From an uncultured delta proteobacterium (GTDB taxonomy: Bacteria > Myxococcota_A > Polyangia > Haliangiales > Haliangiaceae): a stretch of 64,000 bases of DNA. This document shows positions 61,440 to 64,000 of this stretch, one piece after another. Within the stretch, counting starts at the first letter, position 1, and each line of letters begins with the position of its first letter. The notes under the pieces are model-generated. The model was not told the DNA's origin. It saw only the letters and a list, made by a program, of their open reading frames with translations, and ran no database searches. Both the position numbers and the translations under genes were made by a program. The stretch spans positions 4,448,001-4,512,000 of the forward strand of contig CAWKDB010000010.1 of assembly GCA_963848295.1 (NCBI GenBank), read 5' to 3'.

Positions 61440-61991
61440 TCACTCGGCCGCGTTCGCCGCGTGCCACGCTATGTTTGCCGTGTGGACGGCGTTCGCGGTC
61501 GCAACCGCGGAGTCGACGAGGTTCTGCGAGAAGTACGTGTCGCCGTCGCCGTGCGGGTTGACGCCGATCGGGTGAGTCGGGCCATAGCCGCCCGTCACGC
61601 CGGTGCCGCCGTCGACGGTAACGCCGAGATACACATCGGCATAGTTGTACGCCGCGTTCACGTTGACCTCGAAGTTGTGCTCCTGGTCCTGTCCCACGCG
61701 ATACACGGCGAACACCTTCGTCGCGTCCTCGATCATCCAATGGTAGGACGTCGGCAGGTTGTCGGTCAGCTTGCCGCCTGGGTCACCGTAGGTCACCAGC
61801 TCCTGAATGCTCGTGGCTCCGGTCGGAACGTAGTCCGTGAAGTCCGGGAACCGGTTTGCGGTCCACAGCGCGACGGTGACGTCGCTTGGCGGTGGGACCG
61901 AAGTGGTCAGCTCGGAGGCGCTCGACGACGTGGTCGGGTTGTCGATGCAGCCGGCGAGAACAGCGAACAGGATCGGAAGTGCGAGACGCAT
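61440..61991 (-). CDS. Lipoprotein, hypothetical
   Basis: AGGAG RBS; MRLALPILFAVLAGC lipobox. Confidence 0.75.
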   Translation of the reverse strand: MRLALPILFAVLAGCIDNPTTSSSASELTTSVPPPSDVTVALWTANRFPDFTDYVPTGATSIQELVTYGDPGGKLTDNLPTSYHWMIEDATKVFAVYRVGQDQEHNFEVNVNAAYNYADVYLGVTVDGGTGVTGGYGPTHPIGVNPHGDGDTYFSQNLVDSAVATANAVHTANIAWHAANAAE

Positions 61992-62017
61992 GGTGGGCTC
62001 CTCTTGGGTGACGGACT

Positions 62018-64000
62018 CTACTCGAACACGATCACGTCTCGCACCCATTCTTCGTGGTGCGATGCGATCCAGGCGATGCGTGCATCGCGCAGCGCGATCG
62101 CTACTGGGGACTTCCCCAGGATGCGGGCACGCACGTCATCGAAGAACGCACCGCCGTCGTTGTCGGGGATGGCCGACGCAGACGCGATCACGGCGCGCGC
62201 GCCCGCAGACACGAACGCTGCGGGCAAGCTCCAGCGCTCGTGCAGTACCGGTGCGGCCTGGCTCGCGCGACACGCCGCGAGGATCACGAGCGGGCTGGCA
62301 TGAAACCGCGCGGCGGCGACCTCGGCCGCGGTCAACGCATAACGGCCGTTCGCATCGGGCGACAACGCGAGATACGAGGCGTCCGACACGTCGGCGATGC
62401 CGTGCGCGTGGATCGTGACATCGCTTGCCTCGCCGATCGCCGCGAGCACGCGCTCGGGTGTGGCGGCGTCGCCCGAGATCAGCTCGGCTCCGGCCGCTGA
62501 CCATGTCGCCAGTCGGGGCAGGTGCAGCTCGGCGGGCGGCACGACGTCCGCGACGACGATCCGTTGCTCGCCTGCGGTCGCGACCGGTCGCTTGCGCGCT
62601 CCGAGATAGCGCCAGGCGATCGCGTCGGGCAGGATGCGAGCGACGCCATGCAGCGGCGGCCGTGCGATCACGTCGACGATATCGCAGTGCTCGAGCGCCG
62701 CAACGACCTCGCGCGGGACGAGGGTCGCGCCGTCGATCGCCGTCGTCGTGCGCGCCTGGTGACTCGCGACATAGGCGCCATCCCACCCGCGCGCGACCGC
62801 GATCGTCGTGGTGTCCTCGGCGGCGAGTCCGAGTGCGCAGCGCTCGGGCTCCGGGACTCCGAGCTCTTCGCTGAGCGCGCGCAACGCGTCCGCACCATCA
62901 CCGCGTTCGGCCGCTGCGACGGCGATCATCGAATAGCCCATGCCCTCGACGTGCCGCGCGTTCGGATCGTCCGGCGTCGCGTGGGCGGTCGCGATCGATC
63001 GGCGAAGTAGCGCCTCGCCGGCGGCCGGATCTCGAGCGAGCGCGAGCCGGCCCTCGGCGTTGTCGAGCAACGCACGATCGACCGGCGTGATCGTGGGAGC
63101 CGTGCGCACCGCGGCGATCTCCGCGCGCACGGCGTCGAGTTGCGCAGGCGTGCCGACGAGGCGCATCACCTCGGCGCGCACGAACGCCGCATCCGCCGCA
63201 TCCGCGTTGCCACTGCGCGGCGAGCTACATGGCGGGACCAGGGTTAGCTCGTGCGCGGCTTCGGCGAACCGCAGTTGATTGACGAGCACGGTCGCAACCC
63301 GCTCGTGGCCCCAGCGGACGACGTCACAAGCATCGTTGCCGAGCTCGAGGCTGCGCAGGCCACGGCGCTGTTCGTGCGCGGCCCGGGCGGCGGCCTCGGC
63401 GGTGTACGCGCGTGCGCTCGCCAAACCGCCGCCGGTGGCGTCGTCGGCGAGCACGGCAAGCTCGGCGAAGTCCGGAATGATCGCGCTCGCGTACTCCCAC
63501 TCGCCGACCTGCGACATGAGATGCCAGGCCTGGTCGAGTGAGCGGCGCGCGTCGCCCAGCCGTTGCTCGTGGAGGTAAAGCTCGCCGAGGCCGAGCGCGA
63601 TCTTCATGCAGCGAAAGCTCGGCGCACCTGCGGCGCACGCCGGACGTGCGCGCATGAACATCGCCTCGGCGCCGTCACGATCGCCGCGCGCGAGTTGCGC
63701 GTTGGCTTGTTGCTCGAGGCCGAGTACCTGGATCCACGGATCGGGAGACGCGGCCGTGAGCTTGGCGAACTCGGCAAGCTCCGCGGGCTTGACGGCGCCG
63801 TCATCGCCGAGCGCGAGCAGGGCGCCGATCAGCAGGTCATCGGCGTGGGCGGCACGCAACGCGGCGAGAAACGGCGCGCGTGCCGGCGGGTGACCGGACA
63901 GGATCGCGAGGTAGCTCGCCGCGAGCTCCGGCCGCGGCGCACCGCGATCGACCGCGGCGATCGCCGTGGTGGTGTGATCGGCGGCATCGATCGCCGCGGC
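62018..64000 (-). CDS. CHAT (caspase-like) domain protein with helical/TPR-like N-region (5' end outside window)
   Basis: Frame is open to the window edge; TIHAHG and VILAACRAS His/Cys dyad motifs; SLPAAFVSAGARAVIAS. Confidence 0.87.
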   Translation of the reverse strand, partial: AAAIDAADHTTTAIAAVDRGAPRPELAASYLAILSGHPPARAPFLAALRAAHADDLLIGALLALGDDGAVKPAELAEFAKLTAASPDPWIQVLGLEQQANAQLARGDRDGAEAMFMRARPACAAGAPSFRCMKIALGLGELYLHEQRLGDARRSLDQAWHLMSQVGEWEYASAIIPDFAELAVLADDATGGGLASARAYTAEAAARAAHEQRRGLRSLELGNDACDVVRWGHERVATVLVNQLRFAEAAHELTLVPPCSSPRSGNADAADAAFVRAEVMRLVGTPAQLDAVRAEIAAVRTAPTITPVDRALLDNAEGRLALARDPAAGEALLRRSIATAHATPDDPNARHVEGMGYSMIAVAAAERGDGADALRALSEELGVPEPERCALGLAAEDTTTIAVARGWDGAYVASHQARTTTAIDGATLVPREVVAALEHCDIVDVIARPPLHGVARILPDAIAWRYLGARKRPVATAGEQRIVVADVVPPAELHLPRLATWSAAGAELISGDAATPERVLAAIGEASDVTIHAHGIADVSDASYLALSPDANGRYALTAAEVAAARFHASPLVILAACRASQAAPVLHERWSLPAAFVSAGARAVIASASAIPDNDGGAFFDDVRARILGKSPVAIALRDARIAWIASHHEEWVRDVIVFE

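Overview
Very GC-rich, gene-dense bacterial chromosomal segment. Its content is typical of Myxococcota (Haliangiales/Kofleriaceae-like; this is inferred from multiple Ser/Thr kinases, many Cys-rich lipoproteins, a poly-HAMP kinase and a CHAT protein). Recognisable genes are panB, metH, cystathionine beta-synthase, a complete fah-maiA-hppD-hmgA tyrosine catabolism operon, msrA, P5C dehydrogenase, speA, a HelD-like ATPase, nadA, TPP riboswitch-thiC and ligA. I found no tRNA, rRNA, CRISPR array or transposase. Several things are missing from the ORF track: (1) a 75-aa Rdx/SelW-family selenoprotein (CxxU, in-frame TGA, SECIS-like hairpin) downstream of metH; (2) a window-wide pattern of TANNNT -10 boxes 6-7 nt before start codons, implying extensive leaderless transcription, plus several sigma-54-type promoters; (3) an orphan long hairpin (candidate ncRNA) near 30.05 kb; (4) a frameshifted nucleotidyltransferase pseudogene and a LamG-like gene remnant; (5) a 20-bp direct repeat that duplicates a gene 3' end around a Zn-ribbon gene. 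All calls come from reading motifs by eye; no database searches were run.
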